From Octopus sinensis (Eukaryota), in the NCBI RefSeq assembly GCF_006345805.1, contig NC_043000.1, positions 84,196,001 through 84,260,000 of the forward strand: 64,000 nt of DNA, written 5' to 3'. A model generated the notes under the pieces. That model searched no databases and was not told the origin of the DNA. It worked only from the letters and a program-made list of their open reading frames with translations. Position 1 is the stretch's first letter. Each line of letters opens with the position of its first letter. The translations under genes were made by a program, and so were the position numbers. Of the stretch, positions 39,901 through 53,162 are shown one piece after another.

Positions 39901-42600
39901 CATTGGTTCCCAAACCTTTTTCCTCGAGGACTACTTCATGTTTTCAAATGTTATGCGCAGGAGACCAAAATGAGTTATTTTTATTTTTATGCTGATTTGG
40001 CGATGCTACTGAATTGGTAAGCCATCCCATGTTTTCAGAAACAATATGTATGTTACACGCACGCACACACACACTCACACATGTATATATTACATGCATG
40101 CTCGTGTGTTTGTGTGAATTAATGAATGACAAAAGGGCAGAAGTTACGGAATCACTTTCATTAGCTTACAGCTTTTTCTCATATAAAAAGCGGTGCACTT
40201 AGAACCGAGCTCTTATAGCTGCCTCGAAGTCATGAAAATGAAGTGCACATTTATCCCAGAATTCAGTTAACTATAAGTACATATAAAAGCAATCCTTATA
40301 TGAATGCTTTTATGCACCTAGTGTCCATGTGAGAGGTCCTCTCAAGGTAAATATCGCAGTATTCCGTGTTTCAACTCAACATCCACGTTCATTTGGGTAT
40401 AAAGATTGCCTTGTGAGATTTATACTGTTTCTATCTATATTAATAATTATTTAGCAAGCCTTCTGGTTATTTGCGACTTCAGTGCGTGGAAACACACATA
40501 GTTGAGTTTTCTCGGTTGTTTGGAAATTTCCACATGCATAAGGTGAAAAATTTCACCAAAACTTTAAGACACGCCGTCTACCCATGATCTGGTTTTGAAT
40601 AGTTTGCCAATGACATTGCCCAAAAATTGGAGCACTTTCACATGGAGAAAAGGTGTTGAGGTACAGTGAGAGCTGTGCGGTGGCAAACGAGCAAAAGAAT
40701 GGACAACACCTCTGTGAAAGGTAGAAGGACGAAAATTTATTAGGATGAGTAGCAGTTACATTTTTGTAGAAATCTTTTTGAAGTATGGTTTAATGCCAAA
40801 ACTTTGAATTTTCATATCTGCTTCACCGTTCTGTCTATTGCGACAATGAATTTTGATTATCGTGTGTGTAGAAAATCCCTATTCGAATAAATACGTAATA
40901 AAAGCGAGTGATATACTCAAATAGCTTTTTTATGATTGTTGTGGACCAAACATTAGAAAATGGAAGTCTTTTTAATGATTCTTGTAAAGTGGGAACTGAA
41001 GGAATGCCAATAAATTTCTCATGTTCCTCTCTATTTAAATTCAGTGCTCTTCCTTTGACATTGAAGTGATCCCTGGTCTGAATTTAATGTTGTTCTATGA
41101 TGCTTTGATCATTTACAAAGTGTTTACTAGCTGAATTACAAAGATCATCCAAATGTTGATGGACTTCATTAAAATATAAAGTATTGGAAAATCATTTGCA
41201 TTAATTTAAGCATTGAGTCTATTTGAAACATTCTTTTTTAAATAGGGAAAATGTCAAGGGCACAGTTTTGTATTCCAGTTTTCCAAAATTTTAATTTCTA
41301 ATTGATGGTTTCCACTGTATCATTGTCACCAAAAATTTTTACTTGTTTCTCTTGTAATGAAAATGTTAACTTCATTCATTTTGAAAAAAAAATATTTCAG
41401 CCAAATAACCATCTATAAGTAACAAAAGTTTGCGCTAATCCCTCTTTTGAAAAGAAATTATGTTCCATGAATATTTGCTGTTATATCATCTCTTACTTAA
41501 AATAGCCCCACCGGTATCTTCATACGAGACAACCATTTTATGCAGGGCTTTGAAGACACTTTCCCTCTCATCACACAGGATACTGAGAAGTTGTGTGTTC
41601 AAAGGTCCAAACTGATCAAAGAAAATAATCTTAATTGTCTCATCAGGGACACTTTTTAAACAGAATTATCATTGGTTATAGGAGCGCAAAGCAGTGGCAA
41701 ATGTAATAACTTCTTGTACAGTTTAATGGTAGACAATGTAATAACTACTTGCACAATTTGATGATGGAAGATGTCATGACGTTTTGCACACTTTGGATGT
41801 TGGAAAGCTAATGACTATCTGTACAGATTTAACGGTGGAGTGTGTAATGATTTCTTGTACAGTTTGGTGAGAATAACCTAAAACTGTGCTACAGAAACGG
41901 CATTTTTACATTTTACCCAGCATATTCTTTGCACAGCCAGTGGAGTTGTTCAATGGTAAATTGTTAACCTCAAAGTTACTCAGTAATTTGAATATTTCAG
42001 CTTATATGTATTGCTTCACAAAAATCCACACGAGAGCAAATCGTCAATTGTTTGTATCTGACAGGCCTAACAAAACAGCAAATTCTGCCAGAATGAATAG
42101 ATTCGTCCATTTGTATAGCGAATAAACAATTTAAAAGACGTGTTACCAATTCAGTTTTAAAGTAAACTGATAAATCCTTAACACGACAACACAATTATTA
42201 GAAGCTAAACTATCATGACTTCTTTCATTGAAAGACCACCCAGCAGGATTTAACACACAACTGCTGCAGAAGGTCACACGTCTCTTCATCTACGTGCTTC
42301 TCTAGCTAACGCAATACGATAAATTGCTTTGTAAGAAGTTAGTGTGACGTTTTTTCATCGCTTGTGTGTAAAGTTGTAAATGATTTTTGACTTTGAAAAA
42401 TTTCAACATGCTTAAATTTTTTTTTTTCCTTCTCTTTAAAATCTGAATAATTAGTCTCAAAATGACGTCGCAATTTAACAAGGTTCGTATTACTAATTGG
42501 TAATGTTTTGTAGTATAATAAACAGTAAGAAGAATCATTAATGGTTATAAAAGCACAGAGAAAGACATTCATTATAATATTTGCTGTTTTCTGTTGGAAA
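39901..42600 (-). mobile_element. hAT (Buster/Charlie, ZBED8/SCAND3-like) transposon relic
   Basis: hAT-type terminus CATTGGTTCCCAAACCTTTT at 39901. Minus-strand peptides KLRRHFETNYSDFKEK, LFAIQMDES, CFVR, LKSVPDETIKII..PLNTQLLSILCDE and YLAEIFFKMNEVN occur in the expected order. Confidence 0.82.
41701..41877. repeat. Diverged minisatellite, about 35-bp unit, five copies, inside the hAT ORF
   Basis: ATGTAATAACTTCTTGTACAGTTTAATGGTAGACA followed by four variants. Confidence 0.7.
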
Positions 42601-43009
42601 CATTATTTAATTTCTTTGGATTATAATTAGTGGCTTTCTTTCTCCCATGAACAGATTTTAATAAGAATTTTAATTAAAATATTTTCCTATTAATTTTGCA
42701 TTTATTATAACACTGCAATATTTTCGCAGAAATGGATTTTAAAAAAAATAATTTCTGCACTACATATTTCTCAACAGTTTTCTTCTCGCGGGCACCAAGA
42801 GTTCCTCGGGCGATTCGTTATGACTTGCTAATCAAGAGAATTGAAAAGTGCAAATTGAAACTAATGCACTGATCAATCAATTTTAAGATCAGTGATCGCG
42901 GTTTCGATTTCAGATTTTCCTAAAAAACCATTTGGCACTTTTGATTTTTCAATTTCAAAATTAATATTATATTGAAACTGATGATTATATACGCGCATTC
43001 ACGCATACT

Positions 43010-43040
<31 letters not shown>

Positions 43041-43329
43041 CACACTCATTTTAGACTCACCGGGAAAAGTAAAATTGTGAAATAATTACTTGGTAAATAC
43101 AAGATGTAGTTTAGTGCAGTACATGATATAGTACACGGGTATACGGTATAGTTTAGTGATGTTACTATTTGCAATAATGCTGGTGACACAGGGGAACCAA
43201 CTAAAGCTCACGTTACTTTTTTGACACCTGGATAAATTATGCAACTTGTTACACTCGAGGAAAATATATTGAAGCAAATTTAGAAAGAGTTTGGCTGAAT
43301 GAAAATTCACTTAGTGATGTAATTTGTGC

Positions 43330-43649
43330 GACTAAGTGTTATGGTCGGGCACAACCTTGAAAGGTTTAATCGAACAAATTGACCCCTGTACATATTTTTT
43401 CAAGTCTGGTACTTATTCTCTTGGGGACGTAAAAAACCAATACCGATAACACACATACACACAAACACACACAGATATATGACAGGCGCTCTCGCAGTTC
43501 CGGTTGTCTATCAAATTCACTCACAAGGCAATGGACGGCATCTGAGCTATAGTAGAAGACACTAGTCCAAGGTACCGCATTGCGGGACTGAACTCAAAAG
43601 CTCGAGTTCGCCGAGCGTGCCTCTTGACTACACAGCCATGTCTGCGCCT
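43330..43649 (-). mobile_element. Old SINE family A
   Basis: CACAGCCATGTCTGCGCCT head end, GCTATAGTAGAAGACAC core, CAAATTCACTCACAAGGC. Confidence 0.75.
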
Positions 43650-43938
43650 GAAAGAGAAAGCGAAACATATTAGAAGCAGAGATATTTTACAAAATTTGCA
43701 ACGAGGAAACATTCCATATTTTAACTTTAACATCTAAATTTTAACGATGCATTTTTTAAATCAGAAAATTAATCAGTAGATGCTGACTTGAAAATAAATT
43801 TTTACTTTTTTTAACACAGCAGTGCATTCGAATTCCATTAAGCGGTCAGGCATAAATTGACGGTCCGTCGGACGATGACCAACTAGTAACTTTGATGGAG
43901 ATAACTGAGACACAGTGGCACATCATTCAATTAACAAA

Positions 43939-43998
<60 letters not shown>

Positions 43999-44279
43999 CA
44001 ATAATTGCTCAAATATATAAGCATAGACGAACGCACGCACACCGACACACACAAACATGTATGTACATACACATGCAATAGTGCAAAACTCTTATGATAA
44101 TTAGTTTATTATTATTTTGTCGATAAACCTGTTTTGTATGTAAAATTATACGCAAACACAAGATCATGACTCTATTTATCTATCTATCTATCTATTTGGC
44201 TGGCTGGCTGCCAGCCTGCCTATTTAGCTATCTTTCTATACACATATATGTATGTATGTATATATATATATTATATATA

Positions 44280-44350
<71 letters not shown>

Positions 44351-45431
44351 CGGAGAGAAACATGGAGTGAGAGTGACAAAGAAAAAAGTCATGCTGAGAG
44401 TCATGTAAAGACAATTACAGGAAAACAGAAAAACAAAGTGAAAAGAAATCGGAAGGAAAATGAAAAGAAAAGTAAAAAAAAATAACAAGCAAACAAAAAA
44501 CATTTAAGAAATATAAAAAAAGAATCGATTTGCTGATTGAGAAAATATTTCGTGAAAGTAACGAGATAATTTATTAAAGTAACAACAAAAAAGAAAAGGA
44601 AAAAATATAAAACAACTAATTACAAAGGAATATACATAGAAAAATATACAAAAAGACACAAAGATGGAGTCATAATTAAAACTGAGAAACCATATAATGA
44701 GATTGAAATTGGTTTTGTTTGTTGTTGTTGTACAAGGAAAGCAAAATTGATAGGTGGTTGTCGTCCGACACGAAGAAAAATATTAACAAGGGTAGCAACT
44801 ATAGAGAGGAGGGGTTTGATAGAGATATGATTGTTGTAGTAACATGTGGGGCTTGATGATATTTGAGAGTAAGTATGTGGATATATGAGAGTGTGTAGTA
44901 TTGAAGAAAATACGCGTGAAGAGTCTGTATGCGTGATACAGAGAGGAAGAGATAGGGAGAGGGAGAGGGAGATGAGGAGAGAGAAAGGTAGGGGAAAGAA
45001 GTGAGAGAAGAAGTGGAAGGGAGCGGAAAGGAGAGTAATGATGAGGGGGAGGAGGGGAAGGGGAGGGAGAACGCGTTTGTATATATGTACGTGAAGTGTT
45101 TATGAAGTGTATTTGAAGTGCCTGCGTGTAACAGAGCGAGCAAGAGAGAGAGGAAGAGAAAGAGAATGAGAAAAGAGAGAGAGAGAGAAAAAGAGAGAGA
45201 GCGAGAAGAAGAGAGAGAAAGCGGGAGAAGAGTTTGTGTGAAGGAGACAGAGATAGTGCTCTACTGATAGTAGAAAGTAGATAAACCACAGAGAGAAAGT
45301 GAGTTTGTGAAAAGTGAGAATGTGTGTATGAGTGTGTTTGTGTGTATTTGTGTGTGCGTGTAGTAAGTTTTTTATGTAGGTGATTATGTTTTTGTTCTTA
45401 TTGTTTACCACATCTGATATCTGATCGAGTA

Positions 45432-45565
45432 AATCAAAAGCGTTCCAGTCGTGACCATCTCATCTTTAAGCCAGAATTTATGTAGGAGACTACACTATTC
45501 GATGAAACCAATTTTAAGATGGTTGGTTGGTAGATTTGGCCACTATTTCTACCAGTTTGAAGAAC
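45432..45565 (-). repeat. Interspersed repeat family E copy
   Basis: Similarity to 7622-7762; AGATTTGGCCACTATTTCTAC resembles TTGGCTGCTATTTCTAG near 2805. Confidence 0.45.
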
Positions 45566-45665
45566 CACGTTCAGGTTTCCCAATTAGTTTGTACATAGTT
45601 GTGTAATATTGCTGCCAAGCGATTGTTCTACCATCCCTGGAAGTAGACATAGTTTCAATATATCA

Positions 45666-45850
45666 TGAAACCCAAGAATGGATATCAGACAATTTTTATG
45701 ATCATGTAACACCAAACTTGTGCCTCCAGACTCAGCAGATTTAAATGCCATGGACTACCACGTTTGGAGAGGTGTTGAAAGAGAGACTAATCGGCATCTT
45801 CACAATCCCATAGCTTCACTGATGGCCACGATTATCCAAAATGCCTCTCG
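45666..45850 (+). pseudogene. maT/DD37D-like transposase C-terminal fragment
   Basis: ETQEWISDNFYDHVTPNL-PPDSADLNAMDYHVWRGVERETNRH, matching WPP.SPDLNPLDY.VW..VE..TN..PH. Confidence 0.8.
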
Positions 45851-46149
45851 CTTTCTCATGCATATATATTTTTATATATGCACAGACAAATAACGCTCGC
45901 TTTTCTCTTGCACATATAAACATGTGTGAAGATTTTGCAGATTTAATAAAAGCATATTACTCTACATTCGTTATTCGGGTACTACAATTTGCCATCTTGT
46001 TTTGCATCTTACTCGCGGGCATTTGACGACTGCAGGAAAACAATATGTTCGTGTGTGTGTGTGTAGAGAGAGAGTTTCAGGGGCCTGCAGCACTAGGGAT
46101 AAAGACACGAGTGTTGTGATTAGGTCTTTATATAATATAGGTGACGAGA

Positions 46150-46828
<679 letters not shown>

Positions 46829-47033
46829 GAGAGGCGTAATCCGAATGAATAGGAACAGTAATCCGGAGGTAATGAATTCCAGGAATTGATTACTCCAGGG
46901 TTCGGTCCATGTGAGCGTGCAGTATATAGTCAAACCAAACATGATCAAGCGAGAAAAAATAACAACGCGAGGACGTGGAATAAGTACAGTGTTATTGGAC
47001 TTGACACTCAGGAAAGGAAAGAAAAGAAAGATG

Positions 47034-47068
47034 ATCTCACGTTTCGAGCGGAGCTCTTCATCAGAAAT
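47034..47068 (-). ncRNA. Minimal type I hammerhead ribozyme-like motif (left arm)
   Basis: ATTT-CTGATGA-A-GAGC-TCC-GCTC-GAAA-CGT-G-AGAT; the cleavage position is G, which is non-canonical. Confidence 0.6.
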
Positions 47069-47213
47069 ATAGAAAAAGTTCAAAGAAGGGAAGACGGAGA
47101 AAGAAAATCACCAACGATACACACGCGCTCACATATTGGAAAAAATATGTGAGCGCGTGTGTATCGTTGCCGATTTTCTATCTCTGTCTTCCCTTCTTTG
47201 GACTTTTTTCTAT

Positions 47214-47248
47214 ATTTCTGATGAAGAGCTCCGCTCGAAAAGTGAAAT
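47214..47248 (+). ncRNA. Minimal type I hammerhead ribozyme-like motif (right arm)
   Basis: ATTT-CTGATGA-A-GAGC-TCC-GCTC-GAAA-AGT-G-AAAT; stem I ATTT/AAAT, stem II GAGC/GCTC. Confidence 0.6.
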
Positions 47249-47579
47249 CCTCTTCCTTTTCTTTCCTTTCCTGAACGTCCACTTTAATATCATACCAAAG
47301 ATGGTGATGAAATGGGTGCATGCGCCCCACTTACATGGAGTACCATTTGAATGTTCTTACGTTACGTTTATAATCTTATTCAATGTTTTTTTTTCCTATT
47401 AGTATCGTTTTGTTTACTCTTTTTTAAATCTTTTTTCTCCTTTTTAAAACACCATTTACTCCCTTTTTTAAATCTTATATATGGCTGTGTTTCGCCCAGT
47501 TCAACTACTGGCGGTAGTTCATCGAACTCCACGTTTTTGCGATTTGGCTATTGTTGAGAAGTTTGTGAAGTATACTTTT

Positions 47580-47928
47580 ATTCTTTTACTTGTTTTAGTC
47601 ATTTGACTGCGACCATGCTGGAGCACCGCCTTTAGTCGAGCAAATAGACCCCAGGACTTATTCTTTGTAAGCCTAGTATTTATTCTATCGGTCTCTTTTG
47701 CCGAACCGCTAAGTTACGGGGACGTAAACATACCAGCATCGGTTGTCAAGTGATGTTGGGGCGACAAACTCAGACACACAAGCACACAAACACACACATA
47801 TATATATATACGACGGGCTTCTTTCAGTTTCCGTCAACCAAATCCACTCACAAGGCTATAGTAGAAGACACTTGACCAAGGTGCCACGCGGTGGGACTGA
47901 ACCCGGAACCATTTGGTTGGTAAGCAAG
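47580..47928 (-). mobile_element. SINE family A, young, 5'-truncated
   Basis: Near-exact reverse complement of the 6115 copy (GACCATGCTGGAGCACCGCCTTTAGTCGAGCAAAT). Confidence 0.92.
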
Positions 47929-48024
47929 TGAAATTTGTTAAATTTAGTGTTGAACTTGGTTGAATCATTGTAATTCACGCGTGCTGCTTGTTGCTGTTTT
48001 TGGTTGTCTTAAAGTAGCCATGTT

Positions 48025-48365
48025 ATGGCGAACTACGCCAAGGCCGCTGCGACAAAGGCGACACGGCAAATAACAGTTGATATGGTGGAGTGAGAAGCTG
48101 ATGAAAAAGGAAGGAGACACCATCAGGTTAGTGCCTCCGCAAAAGACAATGAAGGAGAAAGAGGAAAAAGACGGTGGTGTACCGCACGCTGGCGTCGCTA
48201 CAAATAAAATTGACAAACTGGAGGAAGAGGATATTGAGGAGTGTCTTGCTGACATAGAAGAAGAGTTTACTGGCAGAGGTAGAAAGTTCGGTACGGTGGC
48301 GGTAACGTTTGCCACGAAGGAAGAGGCAGCCTCGCATGCCTACAATATCCTGAAGACTAATAAAC
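48025..48365 (+). pseudogene. Retroelement ORF1/gag-like N-terminus (frameshift at about 48091), 3'-truncated
   Basis: MANYAKAAATK..EKLMKKEGDTIRLVPP..DIEECL..GRGRKFGTVAVTFATKEEA (RRM-like). The family assignment is inference. Confidence 0.55.
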
Positions 48366-48566
48366 CACTGTTCTTTTCTTTACTCCATTTGTTAACTCGA
48401 GCGGGGGCGTTAATTTCAGGTTGTTGCCTTCCTTATTATGTAGTTTGCCGCATTCCTTCGGAATTTTAGGTTGAGTTTTTACTTCTTGCATCTCCAAACC
48501 TTCTGCTTCAATTCCTTTGCCAGTTGCAGCCGCATAACTGTGGCTCTTGGCTGGTTCAATTTCCAT
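48357..48566 (-). pseudogene. Second, paralogous ORF1-like N-terminus in the opposite orientation
   Basis: MEIEPAKSHSYAAATGK..KEGNNLKLTPPLELTNGVKKRTVVY; SYAAATGK resembles NYAKAAATK and KEGNNLKLTPP resembles KEGDTIRLVPP. Confidence 0.5.
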
Positions 48567-48766
48567 AGTACTTCTTCCTATTGGAGGTAAGTAGTTCTGG
48601 GAGTGATGCAATTGGGGTAGATGTAATACTATGATATGAATTGGTGTATGGAATGTATGGGAATTAGTGGTATTAGTAGTGTTCTATATTATGTTATGTG
48701 TTCATGTTGAGTTGCGGATTATATTTATTGATGATCGTTGCTTCGTTATTCGTTCTGATATATATA

Positions 48767-49595
48767 CAGGGTGGGTAGGCATTTGAGGACCTACCCTTTT
48801 TGGGGTCATTGCCGCATTTTTTGCTAACTCTGTATAATCTTTGTTTCAGAAAATAATAAGGGCAGACCCTCAGCTTACTCAAGAAATGAAGAGGCATGCT
48901 GTTATTGTGGTTATAAAGGCTGAGCATAGGGATTTAGAAATATTTCGATTTTAAAAGTTGCCAGATCTTTCGTCTACAAAGTTTGTAAAGAGCTAGAGAC
49001 TGAAGATGGAAACGTATCACCAGTATCAAAGCATAAAAAGCATTCTAAACTCTCTGAAATCATCAGAACACCTGGATTTATCCAGCAAGTTCAACAGTCT
49101 ATGAAGTCAATTGCAAAATGCTTCCATGTGTCAGAAGGGACAGTCAGAAATGTTGTCCACAAAGACATCAGATGTCTTATATGACGAGGAAGGTCAATTT
49201 GTCAGAAAAAGCAAAAGAAAATCATTACATCAGATCTAAAAGGCTCTTAAACAAACTGAAAATCTAGCAGACGATTTGATTTGTTTTTTCTCAAACGAGA
49301 AAAACTTCGACCAAGATGAAAAAGTTAACAGAAGAAATGACAGATGGTTATGTGCAGATCCTTCTGAAGTTCCAAGTGTTATGCATAAAAAAAATTCCTG
49401 CAACTGTCATGGTTATATGGGTTGTCGGCAATGAGGGACATATAATGCCTCCTTATTTCTTTCCACAAGGCCTTAGAGTTAACTCTGCCGTCTACATTGC
49501 AGTGCTGGAAATAATCGTTAAGCCCTGAATAGACAGTGTATGCAATGGAAGCCATATGTGTTTCAGTAAGACTCAGCAGTCCATGACGAAGGTAT
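48767..49595 (+). mobile_element. maT/DD37D-like transposon, 5' two-thirds, truncated at a (TA)n
   Basis: TA+CAGGGTGG terminus. ATG at 48886: MKRHAVIV, IRTPGFIQQV, SMKSIAK, VSEGTVRNVVHKD, FSNEKNFDQD, NRRNDRWL, KFPATVMV, GHIMPPYFFPQGLRVN, YVFQ*DSA. Confidence 0.9.
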
Positions 49596-49597
49596 AT

Positions 49598-49643
<46 letters not shown>

Positions 49644-50445
49644 GTGAAATAGAAAGATGAATAATCTTGTAGTAGATTAATCAAAAGTTTAACCGGCGTT
49701 ACACTTATCTGGCTTTTAAATAGCGTTTATAAATAATACCGGCACCCATAGCCCTTGGTAACAAATTCTGAAATAGCCTTTAAGATATCTACGATTAACC
49801 ACTGCAAGGGGAATTACTCCTGTTAGGCAAACGGGGCTTGGTTTTTTCACAGCGGGGGGTTTCCTTGACAAGGCAGGCTTAGATGAACACACACACACAT
49901 AAAACATAATATATATTTTTTTTCTGCCACCCAACGGTTCTCGCGGCAGTAGCCACTGACAGCCGAACGATCAAACGCACACACGTACACAAAAAATGTT
50001 TTCTACCCCTACGCCAACACACACATATAGAACAGTATACACACACGTCTCTAAGTAGATTTTTTCTCGCCCCTTATAAAACATCCAATATTCCTTAAAT
50101 AGTCAGAACTTTATTCTCGGTCACAAAGAACACCCACACACCCTCACCCACATGATTGACCGATGCCTGACCCGTTAAATTCTTCAGCCACCGCTTCTCA
50201 ACATACACTGATAAACAGTTTCGCCATGGGCTCTTAGGAGCATAGTTCGATTTGTTTTTGCTCCGCCTCTGTTCTGTTTTTGTTTTTCCAACGGATTTCC
50301 TATTTTCTTCCTGAAGAGAAAGACACAATATGGTCCCATTATTCAATCGGATTTTGGTAATTTGTGCCTTTCGAAACACGTGTAGAATGAAATAAAACGA
50401 TTTCTGTTCAATCTGCGTTCAGCTCCATTTCTTCAATTCACCAAT

Positions 50446-50478
<33 letters not shown>

Positions 50479-50486
50479 CAACTGTA

Positions 50487-50521
<35 letters not shown>

Positions 50522-50549
50522 ATACATGGATGTGTGTGGAGTATGCATG

Positions 50550-50990
50550 TATGTAGGTGCTTCTTTGAGTTTCTCCCTCCCAATATCTCTTGACAATTGG
50601 TGTTGGCTTGTTAACGTCCCCGTAGTTTAGCAGTTCGGAAAAAGGAACCGGCAGTATTAGTATTGGACTTTAAAAATAAGCACCGGGGTCGGCAGTCCAA
50701 TGTCTGAAATACGTAAAAAGTAATAGGGAAAAGGTCGCCAGTTGGCAGAATCGTTAGCACTCTGGGCGAAATGCTTAGCGGTCTTCGTCTGCCGCTACCT
50801 TCTGAGTTCAAATTCCGCCGATGTTGACTTTTCCTTTCATCCTTTTGGAGTCGATAAAATAAGTAAGTACCACTTGAGCACTAGGGTTCGATGTAATCTG
50901 TAATTAAGTACCAGTGATACACTGAGGTCGATGTAATCGACTAGTTCCCTCCCCACACATTTGAGGCTTTGTGCTTCCACTCGAAAGGAT
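50550..50990 (+). mobile_element. 3' half of SINE A followed by SINE B (50731-50990)
   Basis: CTTGACAATTGGTG..CGTCCCCGTAG; then TGGCAGAATCGTTAGCAC..TTCAAATTCCGCCGA..CCTTTCATCC. Confidence 0.85.
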
Positions 50991-50992
50991 TG

Positions 50993-51009
50993 TTATTATG
51001 ATAATATTA

Positions 51010-51062
<53 letters not shown>

Positions 51063-51096
51063 TATAATAATAATAATAATAATTATAATAATAATG

Positions 51097-51157
<61 letters not shown>

Positions 51158-51200
51158 TAGTAGTAGTATAGTAGTAGTAGTAGTAGTAGTAGTAGTATTG

Positions 51201-51260
<60 letters not shown>

Positions 51261-51261
51261 T
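50993..51261. repeat. Compound (AAT)n/(ATT)n/(AGT)n/(ATT)n microsatellite
   Basis: Directly visible. Confidence 0.95.
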
Positions 51262-52109
51262 AGTGAGAGAGCAATGCATGCCATCAAAGTGACACTGCGG
51301 TAAAATATACGAAGCCCAGTATACGTATCATGACTACCCGTCTGATAAGGGTACACCAGACACATGCATTACAACCATACGTGCTCGGCATAACGATCTT
51401 ATGTCAAGATAAACGGCGCATGATTTTGCAGGTGGGGGCCTAGTTAGAATTTTCGTCAGGTCGGGTAGCCTATCCCGCTCAAAGAATTCCCTAAATATGA
51501 GTTATTTAAGGATGTTGAACAAAACACCCATTTTTCCAGAGGTGGGTTGTCCAAACTCCAAAGTATTCCTCTCAAGACATGACTATGATGCTCCCTCACT
51601 ACTTCTGCTTGTGATCAGAGATGTACATATCGTTATCTACTAAAGGACATGCTAGACTGGCTAAGGCTATACAACTGACAAGCAAATTTGTGGTATTGAG
51701 CAGAATTTTTGCCGTAGCCCACCTTATCCTTATTATTATTGCTTATGTTATTGTTGTTGTTGTTGTTATTGCTGTTGTTGTTATTATTATTCAGGATCTT
51801 CAACACATGGATGGAAGGGAAATTACTATCTCTAGACAAAAGATTTGATTCTTAGAATAAGAAGTACTTCTCTATAGGAACCTAAGATCCAGGACTAGAA
51901 ATGACTTAAAATGTCACGTCCGGAGGGCAGAGACAGACCGGATTCGTAGGGTACCTGGAGGAGATTCGTTTTCTCTCCAGATTCTATAGTTTTTCATCCT
52001 GGAGTAGAATGTTAAAACTAGTGGGAGATGTAAATCACATGAGAAGACTATGGAAGTAAGACTAGCAGAAACAGAAGGGTAGAAGAAGGAGAGACGAAAA
52101 GAAGAATGC

Positions 52110-52167
<58 letters not shown>

Positions 52168-52169
52168 CT

Positions 52170-52257
<88 letters not shown>

Positions 52258-53162
52258 AAGAAGAAAAAGAAGAAGATAATAATCTAGAGAATACTGATGA
52301 TGCTGATCTTGATGATGGTAGAGACTTGCCGATCATATGATGATGATGATGATGAGGAGGAGGAGGAGGAGGAAGTGATGATGATGTTGCTCATGAAGTA
52401 GCAAAAAAAAATAACGAGGTGCAAATATAAAGAAAAAAGAAAACGGGGAAGTAAAAGAAAAATTGAAGAGAAACGAACGTAATTACAGAGTGTGGGGAGC
52501 AGACGCAGTGAAGTATAAAAGGGAAGAGAAAGTATAAAAGGGGAGATGGAGGAGATGCAAAATATAAATGGGGAGAAGGGGGTGAAGGAAGTCTTGAGGT
52601 TGTAAAGGGATACATGAATAACGTGAAGTGAATGATTGGCAGATGGTGAAAGGGAAAGGGCAGAAAGGGAGAGGTAGACGCATTCGGAAAGTGACGGTGG
52701 TGGGGAGATATAGAATGCAGGGAACAATAAAGAAATGTAGGCCAGGTAAAATAGAGTTAAAGGGGAAACGTAGAATAAGGTAAAGGGTTTGTTAATTATG
52801 GAAATATGAGAGCTCGCTGATGCTGTCAATGCTGCCAGGAGATCTAAAAACGGTTAAATGAAATGAAATGAAGAGTAATTATTAAATCTCTCTGTTTCGT
52901 AGAATTCAAATTTTACCTTTTTAAATTAATATTTTTAGGAAGAGATCTTATTGAAAAATAGTTCGGACCAAGTCTAATAATTTTTTTATTTTTTTATTAC
53001 CGAATGAATGGAATACTTGGTTATTTTGGGAAAGTATGTGATTGGTAACCTATTATAGCCGCTGTGTTTTGTTCATTTTCACTTCCACGAAGTCTTAAAA
53101 TGCGTTTCCGTCATCCTCTCGGAGAGTTTATGATCACTGCCATGACAAATTTGATAAATTGG

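Larger units (their letters stand above)
46838..47281. mobile_element. Penelope-like terminal repeat present as an inverted duplication (palindrome with about 130-bp arms)
   Basis: 47008-47137 pairs with 47144-47274 around a GGAAAA loop; each arm has a hammerhead core. The PLE assignment is inferred from the ribozyme motif. Confidence 0.75.

Noticed and set aside
49750-50400. Promoter or enhancer (TATAAAA near 50075, local CpGs)
   Set aside because: Such short motifs are expected by chance in AT-rich DNA, and no downstream gene is supported.
51262-51720. Probable additional interspersed repeat following (TTA)n
   Set aside because: It looks familiar as a repeat, but there is only one copy in the window and no diagnostic motif, so class and boundaries cannot be supported.
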